A stretch of 64,000 nt of DNA from an uncultured Methanoregulaceae archaeon (lineage in GTDB: Archaea; Halobacteriota; Methanomicrobia; Methanomicrobiales; Methanospirillaceae): the NCBI GenBank assembly GCA_963705255.1, contig OY970061.1, positions 2,528,001-2,592,000 of the forward strand. Reading direction: 5' to 3'. The position numbers and the translations under genes are program-made. The notes beneath the pieces were generated by a model. That model ran no database searches, had not been told where the DNA came from, and saw nothing but the letters and a program-made list of their open reading frames with translations. This document shows, piece by piece, positions 21,253 to 31,575 of this stretch (position 1 is the first letter of the stretch; each line of letters begins with the position of its first letter).

Positions 21253-21444
21253 AATGAAACTCCTTATCTAATTCTGCCGCCCCACTCATAAATGTTAGGG
21301 AGGGTTCCCACGGTATCTCTTGTGGAGTACGGGAAACAACACCTCGGTGAACAACACCAGCCTTGGGTTCTTTCATTTCGAGACATCGCAGGAGATGATG
21401 TCGATCAGGAGGCATGGAACCCCCCACTCAGTTTCCCGTTGGCT

Positions 21445-23295
21445 TTACCCCGGCTTCGCAGCAAGGGCCCGGTCGATCTCCCGTCTCAGGATCTCGCTCA
21501 CCACTTTTCCGTCAACGGATCCCCGTACTTCCGCCATGACCACACCCATGAGAGGGCCGAGTGCTGCTTTACCTTTTTCGGCGACAAAGTCCGGGCGATC
21601 GGCGATGATCTTTCGTACAATCGATTCGAGATCGTCACGCGATACGGCGGGGGCGAGCCTGGAAAGTGCAGCATCCACGGTGCTGCCCGAAGCTACGCCA
21701 CGGAGGAGATCTGGGATCGCTTCTTTTGCAGCCCGCCCCTGTTCGACAGCGTGCCAGATAGAGAGATATGCATCATCCGGTATGGTATGTATTGCCACTC
21801 CTCCCCGCCTGAGCTCTGTGGAGGTCGACAGGATAGTGAACACGGCGAGCTTGGGTTTTATCCCTTCCTGTATCGCGCGTTCGAACAAGGGGAGTTTGTC
21901 TGATGATACCAGCTGAACTGCATAATTCTTTTCGATCGCATACTTCTGTGCATAGCGCTCGGCCTTTGCAGTCAGCAGTTCGGGTACGGTGACCGAGGCC
22001 CACCGGGGATCATCGATGAATACCGGCAGCACGTCCGTCTCCGGGTACATGCGTTCGGCCCCCGGCAGCGGGCGCATATATGCCGTGCTCCCGCTCTCGA
22101 GCATCTTGCGCGTCTCCTCCGGTACGGGTTTGTCTGAAAACGCGATCCGGGCCCGCATGATGACCTGCGCGATCGCGCACATGGCTTGTTTCTCGTTTGC
22201 TCCTGAAACGAGAATTACACAGTCATGCTTCCCGGCGCCGATATGCGAACGCAGGCTGGCTACTTCTTCCGCGGTAACCCCGTACGCCGGGAGTTCGTCC
22301 GTATGGAAGATACCCCCAACCCCGCACTTCTTCGCATAATCTGACATCTCGCTACCCAGACGGCGCTCCGGCTGGATCTCCCGGCCTACGAGATCTGCAA
22401 ACCCCTTCAGGGTAAGCGCACGGATCTTCTTTGCTTTTTTCAGCACCGCCGATCTGGTATCCCTGAAGAGATCGGTGACGTCCTTATCGCGTGAAACGGA
22501 AGCCCCCCTGGAACGGAGCTCGTCGCGTATCTCCAGGAGGTTCTGCTGCCGCTGCACCTCGCGCCTGACAACTTCGGCTATGAGATCGAGCTCCTGCACA
22601 CCTTTGATCTCGACCCGTGCACCCCTGGCGATCGAGATGTTCACATCCTGCCGGATGGTACCCAGGCCGCGTTTCACGTTGCCGGTAGAACGGAGCACCA
22701 TGCCGATATACTCGGCGACCTTCTGTACCTCCTCCGGCGTGTGCATACATGGAGAGGTCGTTATCTCCACCAGAGGGATCCCGAGCCGGTCCAGCGAGAA
22801 GACCTCGTCTTTCACCCGCTGCGCCGCTTCCTCCTCGAGACAGATCGTCTCTATCCGCCCCCCGTCCGGGAGCACACCGTTGAATGCCACAAGTGCCGTG
22901 CGCTGGAACCCGCTGGTGTTCGACCCGTCGATCACGAGCTTGCGCATGGTATGCACCTGCGGGACCGGTGTCATCCCGAACATCTTGCCGATCGTCAGGC
23001 AGATAGTAAGCGCTTCGTCATTGATCGGCGCCGGGGGTTCCTCATCGTTCTCGACAAGGCAGGTCGTGTCGTAGGTGTAGTACTGGAATTTGCGGTGGTG
23101 TTTCATCTCTTCCAGCGCCGCGCGATCGATCCCTCCCATCTCGCTGACCGTTGCCCGGAGATACCGGGAAAATTCACCACTATGCTCAGAAATCTCACGG
23201 AGTGCGGTCGGGCAGTGGCAGAACAGTTTCTCCTTCGTGTCCAGCTGCTGGTGGATCTCGATACCGGCAACCAGTCCGAGGGCCTTATAATCCAT
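21445..23295 (-). CDS. gatE: Glu-tRNA(Gln) amidotransferase subunit E
   Basis: GIEIHQQL, RKLVIDGSNTSGFQRT, LDRLGIPLVEI, RQDVNISI, RMYPETD. Confidence 0.95.
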   Translation of the reverse strand: MDYKALGLVAGIEIHQQLDTKEKLFCHCPTALREISEHSGEFSRYLRATVSEMGGIDRAALEEMKHHRKFQYYTYDTTCLVENDEEPPAPINDEALTICLTIGKMFGMTPVPQVHTMRKLVIDGSNTSGFQRTALVAFNGVLPDGGRIETICLEEEAAQRVKDEVFSLDRLGIPLVEITTSPCMHTPEEVQKVAEYIGMVLRSTGNVKRGLGTIRQDVNISIARGARVEIKGVQELDLIAEVVRREVQRQQNLLEIRDELRSRGASVSRDKDVTDLFRDTRSAVLKKAKKIRALTLKGFADLVGREIQPERRLGSEMSDYAKKCGVGGIFHTDELPAYGVTAEEVASLRSHIGAGKHDCVILVSGANEKQAMCAIAQVIMRARIAFSDKPVPEETRKMLESGSTAYMRPLPGAERMYPETDVLPVFIDDPRWASVTVPELLTAKAERYAQKYAIEKNYAVQLVSSDKLPLFERAIQEGIKPKLAVFTILSTSTELRRGGVAIHTIPDDAYLSIWHAVEQGRAAKEAIPDLLRGVASGSTVDAALSRLAPAVSRDDLESIVRKIIADRPDFVAEKGKAALGPLMGVVMAEVRGSVDGKVVSEILRREIDRALAAKPG

Positions 23296-24523
23296 AGGCG
23301 CTCCTCCGCATGCATTCCCCTTTGAGATCCCTCTGCATGAGGGCTGCAGATCTCTCCCGGTTCTTCTCGTTCCCAAGCACCCACATAAGCTTCACCAGCG
23401 CCGCTTCCGGCAGGGTATCCCCGGCTTCAATGACCCCTGCGGCCAGCAGATCGCGGCCGGTATCATAGACCCGGTCGCACACCCTGCCGTTCATGCACTG
23501 GGAGGTCATGACGACCATGGTCCCCTCGTGGATGAGTCGCGCGAGACCCGGGATGAGCGCTGTGCTGACATGACCCAGGCCGGTCCCGGAGATAACGAGG
23601 CCCCTGTACCCTTTATACGCCTTCAGGACATCCGGGAACATCCCCGGGTAGAACTGGACAAGGGCGCAGTGCGGCTCCATTTTGTCCCGGAGTGCGAGGG
23701 AATTCGTACCCCGTCGTACGGCAGCATGTCCCAGCGTCACTTTCCTTGAGGGGAATTCAATCCCCCCGATGGGTGAAATACCCAGGCTCCGGAAGGCGTC
23801 CCTTCTCGAGGTGTGCATCTTCCGGACCCGGGTGCCCCGGTGGATGGAGCAGACATCATCGCTGGTCGTCGCATGCATCACAACCGCGACTTCCCCAAGA
23901 TCGCTCGTTGCCGCCGCGGCAGCGCAGACCGCGTTCATCGCGTTGTCGCTGGACGGCCTGTCCGCGGAGCGCTGGGAACCAACAAATACGATCGGTACCG
24001 GGGTGTCGATCATGAAACTGAGCGCAGCGGCACTATATGCCATGGTGTCTGTCCCGTGGGTAACGATGATGCCCTGAGCGCCGCCACGGATCTCGTCATA
24101 CACTGTCCGGGCAAGGTCCTGCCATATCGCCGGGGTCATGTTCTCGGAAAGGATCGTTGCGAGAGGGATGGTCCGGTAATTTGCTATCTCCGCAAGTTCG
24201 GGGATGGCGAGCAGGATATCGCTCGCATTGAACTGGCTGGTGACCGATCCGGTCCGGTAATCGATCCTGCTTGCAATGGTCCCACCGGTAGAGACAATGG
24301 AAAGGTTGGGGAGCTTGCTGTCCTGGACCACGTCAAGATTCCTTCCTGGCGCAGGTTCCGGGTGCCCGATGACCGTACAGGAGCCCGGGATAACCCCGAT
24401 GTTGTAGCCTGAATCCAGCTTGACTACCGCCATGCCGTCGCGTTCGGTGATGTAAATGCCGTTCCTGCTCATCCCGCCATGATCGCACCGGACAAGGTCC
24501 CCGGAAACTAACCGTGCCGTTAT
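23285..24523 (-). CDS. gatD: Glu-tRNA(Gln) amidotransferase subunit D
   Basis: KLDSGYNIG, TGGTIASRIDY, HGTDT, GSQRSADRPSSD, RKMHTSRRDAF; frame open up to an ATA at 24523 overlapping the argH stop. Confidence 0.93.
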   Translation of the reverse strand: MTARLVSGDLVRCDHGGMSRNGIYITERDGMAVVKLDSGYNIGVIPGSCTVIGHPEPAPGRNLDVVQDSKLPNLSIVSTGGTIASRIDYRTGSVTSQFNASDILLAIPELAEIANYRTIPLATILSENMTPAIWQDLARTVYDEIRGGAQGIIVTHGTDTMAYSAAALSFMIDTPVPIVFVGSQRSADRPSSDNAMNAVCAAAAATSDLGEVAVVMHATTSDDVCSIHRGTRVRKMHTSRRDAFRSLGISPIGGIEFPSRKVTLGHAAVRRGTNSLALRDKMEPHCALVQFYPGMFPDVLKAYKGYRGLVISGTGLGHVSTALIPGLARLIHEGTMVVMTSQCMNGRVCDRVYDTGRDLLAAGVIEAGDTLPEAALVKLMWVLGNEKNRERSAALMQRDLKGECMRRSAYGL

Positions 24524-26002
24524 GCTACCAGCCTCCGCGCTTCAGCTATGAGGTGCTCTTCTGCAGTTGCAAGTTTTACCTGTTTTTTGCTGACTGATTC
24601 TGCATCACGGTGATGCTGTTTCCTCCGATCAGCAAGTGCAGCGCTCACTGCTTCCGGTGCCGGCCCGCCAGGAGCCTTCCGGAGCTCAAGAGAATATTTT
24701 ACGTCGAGCATACTGTCAATATCCTGCTGTGTAAGGCCTTTTCCTGCAAGCGAGATTCCTCCGCCGACCTCTCCTGCGGCTTTTTCGAGCGTGGCAAGGG
24801 AGAGATCCCCTTTCCGGGCTGCCCTACCGACGATGTTGTGAGCCGTGCGGAAGGGAAGACCAAAGGACCTCACAAGGGAATCGGCAAGTTCGGTTGCCGT
24901 TGAGAACCCTTTCCCTGCCTCCTCTCTCATCCGTTCTGTATCGAACGATGCGCTGGCGAGCATATCGGCAAGGAGCCGCAGGCTCTCACCGGCATCCTCC
25001 ATCCCGCGCCAGAGGTTCGGCGTGAGTTCCTGGAGATCGCGATTGTAACTCATCGGCAGGCCCTTGACCGTTACCAGTGCCCCGCTGAATGCCCCGAAGA
25101 CCGATCCGGATTTTGCCCGCATGATCTCGGCAGTATCCGGGTTCTTCTTCTGGGGCATGATAGATGAAGTGGAGCAAAACGCGTCATCAAAGGTCACGAA
25201 CTTCACAAACGAGGTGCTCCAGAGGATCAGTTCTTCGCAGAGCCTGCTGGTATTGGCCATCAGGATGGTGAGGTCTGCGAGGGTTTCAAGCGCAAAGTCG
25301 CGGGCAGCTACGGCGTCCATAGTGTTGGTGACAAGGCCATCGAAGCCCAGAAGTGCAGCGGTGAATTCGCGGTCTATGGGATAGCCGGTGGATGCGAACG
25401 CGGCTGCGCCAAGGGGGGACTGGTTTACCCGTGCGTATGCCTCGTTCAACCGGTCAAAATCGCGGGAGAATGCCTGTTCGTACGCAAGGAGGTGGTGGGC
25501 AAGGGTGGTGGGCTGGGCATGCTGCAGGTGAGTGAACCCGGGCATTGCGCTCTCCGTATGGTTCTCCGCGAGAGTCAGGAGCACTTCCCGGACTTTCAGT
25601 ACCGCGGCCATCTGTGCGATCAGATCTTCGCGCAGCCGGATCCTGATGCAGGTCACGACTTCATCGTTCCGCGATCGTCCCATGTGCATCCGCCCTCCTG
25701 CCTCAACCCCCAGCGATTCGATCAGGAGCGACTCGATCCCCGCATGCACATCCTCGAACCGTTCATCGAACACCTCTTCCGGTATACCTGCGTCATGGAA
25801 TCTGAGTAATGCAGGAAGGAGCTGGCGTGTCGTGGCACGATCATTGATCTTCTGCCTGTCCAGCATCAGAACATGGGCAATATCCACGAGGATATCCGCT
25901 TTGGCTATATACCGGTCTGCACGCATCGATGAGAGGAACTGCATCATCTCTTCCGTCCTCTCACCGGAAAGGCGCCCCAGACCTCACAACGTCGCTTCGC
26001 AT
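24520..26002 (-). CDS. argH: Argininosuccinate lyase (1-nt insertion near 25980)
   Basis: GRSRND, MPGFTHLQHAQP, STSSIMPQKKNPD, SYNRDLQE; N-terminus MRSDVVR-LGRLSGER restored by removing one base. Confidence 0.93.
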
Positions 26003-26386
26003 CCGTTTCACCATCCGGGTTTATCTTTACCTATTGGCTGTCAGTTGATTAAAGCCACGCCTTGCGTGCGGCCGGTTCTATCGCCTGCTGGCTGGATGCG
26101 CTCAGGATAATCGTTGATGGCTGGGACAAATTCCTCATCTGAGATGAGAGCAGCGCGCATGAGTCGAAGGATCAGGTCAGATTGTGTCATATATCTGATA
26201 CACCCGTTTCAATCGAGAAATTTTTTCCCGATTGTCCGAAATAATGCCAGAAATTTACCATATTGTGAACAATTTTATTTCAGAGGCTGTTTTTTTGTCC
26301 ATTTTTTTACAATAAATTATGACAAAAGGAGAGGAAAAATATTCTTATTGGTCACTTTTTTATTATTGACAGAACAACTCTCCCCC

Positions 26387-27640
26387 ATGAAAGCAATGAG
26401 GATTACGGTAATAGCATTCATCGCCATTGGCCTCGTATTGTTCACGGCAGGCTGCACCCAGCCTGCGGCGACACCGGCAGGCACGACCCCGGGTCCGGCA
26501 TCAACAGCGGCACCTTCAGGAACGGTAGGGATTCTCTACACGCAGGGTGTCGGACCGATGCCGGGCCTCCTCGCCACCAGCCAGGTCGATGGCTACATCT
26601 CTTGGCAGCCGGTCGTTGAGGCCGGTGTGGAGAGCGGGATCGGACAGGTTGCCTCCTATTCAAAAGACCTCCCGCCTGCGGGAAAGTGGAGCGATCACCC
26701 CCAGAACGTCTTCGTCGTCCGCCAGGACTTCTATAACAGTAACCCTGATCTCGTGAATGCGTTCAGTGCCCTCAACCTCGCATCGAGCCAGTACATCACC
26801 GATCACCCCCGGGAATCGGCGGCGATCGTCGCCGACTGGCTGGCAGGCAAGCAGAATTTCACCTACGGCAACGTAAGTGTCTCGTCTGTCACCGCGGTCA
26901 ATAACTCCCTCCCGACCATCAGGTTCACCAACGAACCTTCGGATGCATGGAAGGGCAGCATGAATGACTTTATCCAGGCAGAGATCGACCTCGGCTCCAT
27001 CAACGGATACTTAAAGAACGGCACGGCCGGAGACAAGGAATCGCTGCTCTACAACTTCACTCCGTACCAGACTGCGCAGACCATCATCGCAACAAAGAGT
27101 GTTCCTACTCTGCCTGTCGTGAAAGCGCCGGTCACGGTCGGTTACCTGATGGCAGTGGATCACTCCGCTCTCTTTGTCGCGGTCAAGAACTACCAGTACT
27201 TCAACGACACCTATGGTATCGAACTCAAACCCCAGGATCTAACCAAATCCAAACCCGATGTGGCAGACTTCATCGTGAACGGCCAGAAAGTCGCCGAAGT
27301 GCACCTCGTGTCCGCTTCGGCCGGCCCTGCCCTGATGCAGCTCGCGGCTACCAATGGGATCCAGATGTCCTATGTCGGTGCGCCTCCGGCTATCGCCGCA
27401 ATCGACCAGGGTATACCGATCAGGATCACCTACCCGATCGATAACCTCGGTACCGGCCTCGTCGTGACCAAAGGGGCGCCTGTCCAGGACTGGCAGAGCT
27501 TCACCGCCTGGGCAAAGCAGCGATCGGAGGCCGGCAAACCGCTCGTCATCGCTGCTCCCGGCAAAGGCTCGATCCAGGACGTCATGCTCCGCTATGCCCT
27601 GCAGGACAGCGGATTTGCAACAACGGAAGTAAAAATTTAA
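26387..27640 (+). CDS. NitT/TauT-family ABC substrate-binding lipoprotein (apparently circularly permuted)
   Basis: Lipobox FTAGC; DGYISWQP, HP..V, VGYL..DHSALFVA and PGKGSIQDVMLR motifs. Confidence 0.85.
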   Translation: MKAMRITVIAFIAIGLVLFTAGCTQPAATPAGTTPGPASTAAPSGTVGILYTQGVGPMPGLLATSQVDGYISWQPVVEAGVESGIGQVASYSKDLPPAGKWSDHPQNVFVVRQDFYNSNPDLVNAFSALNLASSQYITDHPRESAAIVADWLAGKQNFTYGNVSVSSVTAVNNSLPTIRFTNEPSDAWKGSMNDFIQAEIDLGSINGYLKNGTAGDKESLLYNFTPYQTAQTIIATKSVPTLPVVKAPVTVGYLMAVDHSALFVAVKNYQYFNDTYGIELKPQDLTKSKPDVADFIVNGQKVAEVHLVSASAGPALMQLAATNGIQMSYVGAPPAIAAIDQGIPIRITYPIDNLGTGLVVTKGAPVQDWQSFTAWAKQRSEAGKPLVIAAPGKGSIQDVMLRYALQDSGFATTEVKI

Positions 27641-27671
27641 TCAGGACAGCGGGTCATTATCATAGAGAACG

Positions 27672-28439
27672 ATGACGCGACGCCTCGGCCTTGTATTGCC
27701 CCTCCTCATCATCCTTGGATGGGAGGCTGTGGCAATCATCATCAACAACCCTTTTTACCTGCCGAGGATCGAGTCGGTCATCCCGGTACTGCTCAACCCC
27801 TTCAGCACGGATTATACGCTCGGGACGGGGAGCCTCGTTGACAATGCCCTCGTCAGTATCGAGCGGGTGATCATCGGGTTTGGCATCGCCGCTGCCGTGG
27901 CCATCCCTCTCGGGATTGGCATGGGCAGATCGTCACGGATCAACGATTTCTTCGATACGACCATCGAGATGCTCAGGCCCGTCCCCCCCCTTGCCTGGGT
28001 CCCCCTCGCGCTCGCCTGGTTCAAACTGGGCATCGCCTCGATCGTGTTCATCATCTTCATCGGCTCGGTCTTCCCCATCCTGCTCAACACGATTGACGGG
28101 GTCCGCGGCGTGAAGAAGACCTGGATCGAAGTAGGAACAACGCTGGGAGCGAGCGAACGGCAGGTGCTCTCCAAGATCGTCGTGCCCGGTGCCGCCCCGA
28201 CCATCTGGACGGGGCTTCGCGTCGGGTTCGGGGTCGCGTGGATGTGCGTGGTCGCAGCGGAGATCCTTCCCGGGCCGACGTCCGGCCTTGGATACCTGAT
28301 CATGTACGCCTACAACCAGGGACAGATGAACGTGATCATTGCCGGGATGATAACCATCGGTCTGATCGGGCTCGCGGCAGACCAGCTCTTCAAGATCGTA
28401 GAGAGGCGCCTTTTCAGCTGGAGGGGGCTTGACCGATGA
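27672..28439 (+). CDS. NitT/TauT ABC transporter permease
   Basis: LRPVPPLAWVPL, LGAS EAA-loop, VVAAE, GLGY. Confidence 0.92.
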   Translation: MTRRLGLVLPLLIILGWEAVAIIINNPFYLPRIESVIPVLLNPFSTDYTLGTGSLVDNALVSIERVIIGFGIAAAVAIPLGIGMGRSSRINDFFDTTIEMLRPVPPLAWVPLALAWFKLGIASIVFIIFIGSVFPILLNTIDGVRGVKKTWIEVGTTLGASERQVLSKIVVPGAAPTIWTGLRVGFGVAWMCVVAAEILPGPTSGLGYLIMYAYNQGQMNVIIAGMITIGLIGLAADQLFKIVERRLFSWRGLDR

Positions 28440-29206
28440 CACTCTCCCTGAGGGAAGTCTCCCGGATATTCACCACGGAAAAAGGTGAGACGATCGAGGC
28501 GCTCTCGCGCATCTCCCTTGAGATCAGGGACCAGGAATTCATCTGCATCCTCGGCCCGTCCGGGTGCGGGAAGACGACGATCCTCCGCATCATTGCCGGG
28601 CTCGAATCTGCGACCTCGGGGACCATCTCCCTCAATGGCATGGCAATAACAAAACCGAGCCCCCTGATGGCCATGATCTTCCAGGAATATTCGTTGTACC
28701 CCTGGCGGAACGTCCAGGACAACGTCACGCTCGGGCTTGAACTTAAGGGGATGAAAAAGGCAGAGCGGGAAGAGAACGCAGAAAAGTACATCGAGCTCGT
28801 GGGACTCAAAGGTTTCGAGCACAGTTTCCCCTACGAATTGTCCGGGGGGATGCGGCAGCGGGTAGCCGTTGCACGGGCGCTTGCCCTCGATCCCTCGATC
28901 CTCCTGATGGACGAGCCCTTCGGGGCGCTCGATGCCCAGACCCGGAACCGGATGCAGCACGAGTTGCTGCAGATCTGGCAGAAGACGAAGAAGACGATCC
29001 TGTTCGTCACGCACAGCGTCGACGAAGCGGTCTTTCTCGCTGACCGTATCGTTGTCCTGACCCGCCGCCCCGGGACCATCCGGGAGATCGTCACCGTTCC
29101 CGGGGAGAGACCCCGTGAGCGGACCGGCGAGGAGTTTGTCCATATCCGCCGCCACCTTCTCGACATGATCAGCGAGGAGTCGGGGACCGCGTCCAGTAAG
29201 GTTTAA
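28436..29206 (+). CDS. NitT/TauT ABC transporter ATP-binding protein
   Basis: GPSGCGKTT, LSGGMRQR, LLMDEPFGALD, VTHS. Confidence 0.95.
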   Translation: MTLSLREVSRIFTTEKGETIEALSRISLEIRDQEFICILGPSGCGKTTILRIIAGLESATSGTISLNGMAITKPSPLMAMIFQEYSLYPWRNVQDNVTLGLELKGMKKAEREENAEKYIELVGLKGFEHSFPYELSGGMRQRVAVARALALDPSILLMDEPFGALDAQTRNRMQHELLQIWQKTKKTILFVTHSVDEAVFLADRIVVLTRRPGTIREIVTVPGERPRERTGEEFVHIRRHLLDMISEESGTASSKV

Positions 29207-29320
29207 TACGCCCCATCTCCATTTTATAAAAGCAGTTTGTGGAGCGTACCGGCATGGCTGTCCGTTCATTTCCGGACGATTATGCCCGCTTTTGACAACA
29301 TACCACAGGAGTAGGACGCG

Positions 29321-30082
29321 ATGGTAAGAAAACCGGCAAAGATGTACAGGAACATCTCGAAGAAAGCCTATACACGGCGCGAATACATGGGCGGTGTCCC
29401 GGGGAGCAAGATCGTACAGTTCGAGATGGGCAACCTCTCGCAGGAGTTCCCGACCGAAGTCGACCTGATCGTTGAAGAGGCGTGCCAGATCCGGCACAGT
29501 GCACTGGAAGCTGCCCGCATCACGGTCAACCGCCGCCTGCTCAAGGAAGTCGGCAGGTCGAACTTCCACTTCAAGGTCCGTATCTTCCCCCACCACGTCC
29601 TGCGCGAGAACAAGCAGGCGACCGGTGCCGGTGCCGACCGAGTCTCTGAAGGCATGCGCCTTGCGTTCGGCAAGGCGGTCGGTACTGCCGCACGGGTCGA
29701 ACCCGGCCAGAAGATCATGACGGTCTTCTCGACCCCGCAGTATCTCGAGAAGATCAAGGACGCCCTGCGCCATGGCGGCCACAAGCTCCCGACCCCCTCG
29801 CATCTCAAGCTCAGCACGATCAAGGTCAGCGGCAAGATTGTCGCGGCACCGAAGCTCGTCGGCGAGAAGGTCGTTGCAGCGCCGGTTGTCACCGAAGAGG
29901 CAGCAGCAACCGCAGCCGAGCCCGTGAAGGGAGCAGAGGCTGCAAAGGGCGGTGCGAAGGGCGGCAGGGAAGCGGCCAAGGGAGCGGCACCGGCAGCTGC
30001 AAAGGGTGGCAAGGAAGCAGCAGCACCCGCCAAGGCCGAAGAGAAGAAAGGCCCGGCCCACGCAAAGGGCGGGAAGAAGTAA
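29321..30082 (+). CDS. rpl10e: 50S ribosomal protein L10e/uL16 with Ala/Lys-rich C-terminal extension
   Basis: [46 protein letters not shown]. Confidence 0.95.
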   Translation: MVRKPAKMYRNISKKAYTRREYMGGVPGSKIVQFEMGNLSQEFPTEVDLIVEEACQIRHSALEAARITVNRRLLKEVGRSNFHFKVRIFPHHVLRENKQATGAGADRVSEGMRLAFGKAVGTAARVEPGQKIMTVFSTPQYLEKIKDALRHGGHKLPTPSHLKLSTIKVSGKIVAAPKLVGEKVVAAPVVTEEAAATAAEPVKGAEAAKGGAKGGREAAKGAAPAAAKGGKEAAAPAKAEEKKGPAHAKGGKK

Positions 30083-30205
30083 TATTTTTTCTTTTTCTCT
30101 CACATTTTTTTACCCGTTTCCGGCAAATGGATATCGTATTTAATCCGGAAAACGGTTGTCTGAAATCTCAACGCAATTATATGATTAAGGAATATATTAT
30201 TGATC

Positions 30206-30571
30206 ATGCCATGTGAATTGACCGACATGGAAATACAGATTTTATATATCTTATATCGTAACAAAAATTTCAAAATCAGCGCCGGATACCATAGTGAGAA
30301 ACTCAAAAGAATTCTTCGGAAGAAATATGAGCAGGACTTCGATGAAGACATCGCGAACCTGAAGAACAGGGCATATATTGCGACCGTCAAAAAAGACGAT
30401 CCCAAATATTACATCGCTGACCTCGGGAAAGTGTACATCCGTCCTGAAAAACCACGGCCTGAATGTCACTCCTCTTGGGCGAGACAGGGTCCGCCATCTC
30501 GATTGATGGTACTGATTCTGTTAATTTTTTTTAACAATTCTTTTATACCTTGCTTACCAACAGGATGGTGA
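30206..30571 (+). CDS. Small hypothetical protein, possible winged-helix fold (C-terminus may be frameshifted)
   Basis: LTDMEIQILYIL...IANLKNRAYI...PKYYI pattern resembles wHTH. Confidence 0.55.
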   Translation: MPCELTDMEIQILYILYRNKNFKISAGYHSEKLKRILRKKYEQDFDEDIANLKNRAYIATVKKDDPKYYIADLGKVYIRPEKPRPECHSSWARQGPPSRLMVLILLIFFNNSFIPCLPTGW

Positions 30572-30647
30572 CAAGAATCCTCCGGGTGGTACCCGGTGCC
30601 GACCCGGATGAATACGGCATGCCCCGGATAAGGAAGATGCGATTATC

Positions 30648-31157
30648 ATGAGACAACCATTCGAGGGTTTATTCGGCGACACCTGCGAGACCCGGCTCAT
30701 GCAGTTCCTGCTGCCGATGTACGGCATCGAATTTGACATGGCCGATCTGACTGACGAAGTCAGGCTCACCCGGCAGTCCATTTCAAAAGCGATGAAGAAA
30801 TTTTCGGACAGGGGCATGGTGAAGATCCGGAAAGAGGGACGCACCTGGCTTTATTCCATCAACGAAGAATCTCCGCTGGTAAAACGCCTCGAGGACTTCG
30901 ACAACTCCCTGATCGAAGCGATGGTCGGACCCGGCAAGTTCGCCGGAATACAAAAAAATAACGACAATCCGGTCCAGGCTTCACCCCGCAAGGAACGAGG
31001 GCGGCGTACAGAAAATGCATCCCTGCGCTACCATGCCACCCGGGAGGAGGTCCCGTGCATTGCAAGCAGTCCCGGTACTTACCCGGATAAAAGGACCCGG
31101 GTCGGGATTCACGAGTCGGTGAAGGGAGCAGCCCCGGCAAAGGGCGGCAAGAAGTAA
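30648..31157 (+). CDS. Winged-helix (ArsR/MarR-like) DNA-binding protein
   Basis: LFGDTCETRLMQFL, MADLTDEVRLTRQSISKAMKKFSDRGMV..RKEGRTWLYSIN. Confidence 0.8.
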   Translation: MRQPFEGLFGDTCETRLMQFLLPMYGIEFDMADLTDEVRLTRQSISKAMKKFSDRGMVKIRKEGRTWLYSINEESPLVKRLEDFDNSLIEAMVGPGKFAGIQKNNDNPVQASPRKERGRRTENASLRYHATREEVPCIASSPGTYPDKRTRVGIHESVKGAAPAKGGKK

Positions 31158-31247
31158 TATTTCTCAAAACTTTTTTGCAGATTTTTTTCTATCCGGCCCG
31201 GGTTTTTTGGCTACGTGCATCAATGTCATGGTGACTTTGTGCACGGT

Positions 31248-31575
31248 TTTCTGAATTGCCAGATCAGGACCTGAGGATTTTTCTAAATTGCCACCAACTG
31301 ATCCGGTAATTTTTCTAAATCGTCACATCCGGACCTGACAATTATTTTTAATTGCCACCTCCGGATCCGGGAATTTTAAAAAATTGTCACCAACCGATCT
31401 GGCAATTATTCTAAATTGTCACCTCCGGACCCGGTAATTATTTTTTATTGGCAGTACTGCGGGAGGGGCACTCCGCCGGAGACAGCGCGGATTTCCCGGA
31501 TTTTCCCGGCAACATTGCCGCAAACCGATCCGGCAATTTTTCTTAATCGTCACCTTCCGGATCCGGAAATTTTTC
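31248..31575 (+). repeat. 32-bp-period tandem array of imperfect palindromes ATTGYCA-N10-YGRYAAT
   Basis: Left arms at 31255, 31287, 31319, 31351, 31383, 31415, 31447, then 31514 and 31546. Confidence 0.9.

Larger units (their letters stand above)
30062..31162 (+). repeat. 26-bp direct repeat pair (30062-30087 and 31137-31162) bracketing a two-gene insert
   Basis: GCAAAGGGCGGGAAGAAGTAATATTT vs GCAAAGGGCGGCAAGAAGTAATATTT (25/26). Confidence 0.75.

Noticed and set aside
28310-30103. Long antisense ORFs (e.g. 597 aa here, 504 aa at 41770..43284, 339 aa at 40437..41456)
   Set aside because: Shadow frames opposite well-supported GC3-rich genes, with no recognisable motifs
31248-31575. CRISPR array associated with cas1
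   Set aside because: The period is only 32 bp with no unique 30-40-bp spacers, units are degenerate throughout, and cas1 is 29 kb away with no cas2
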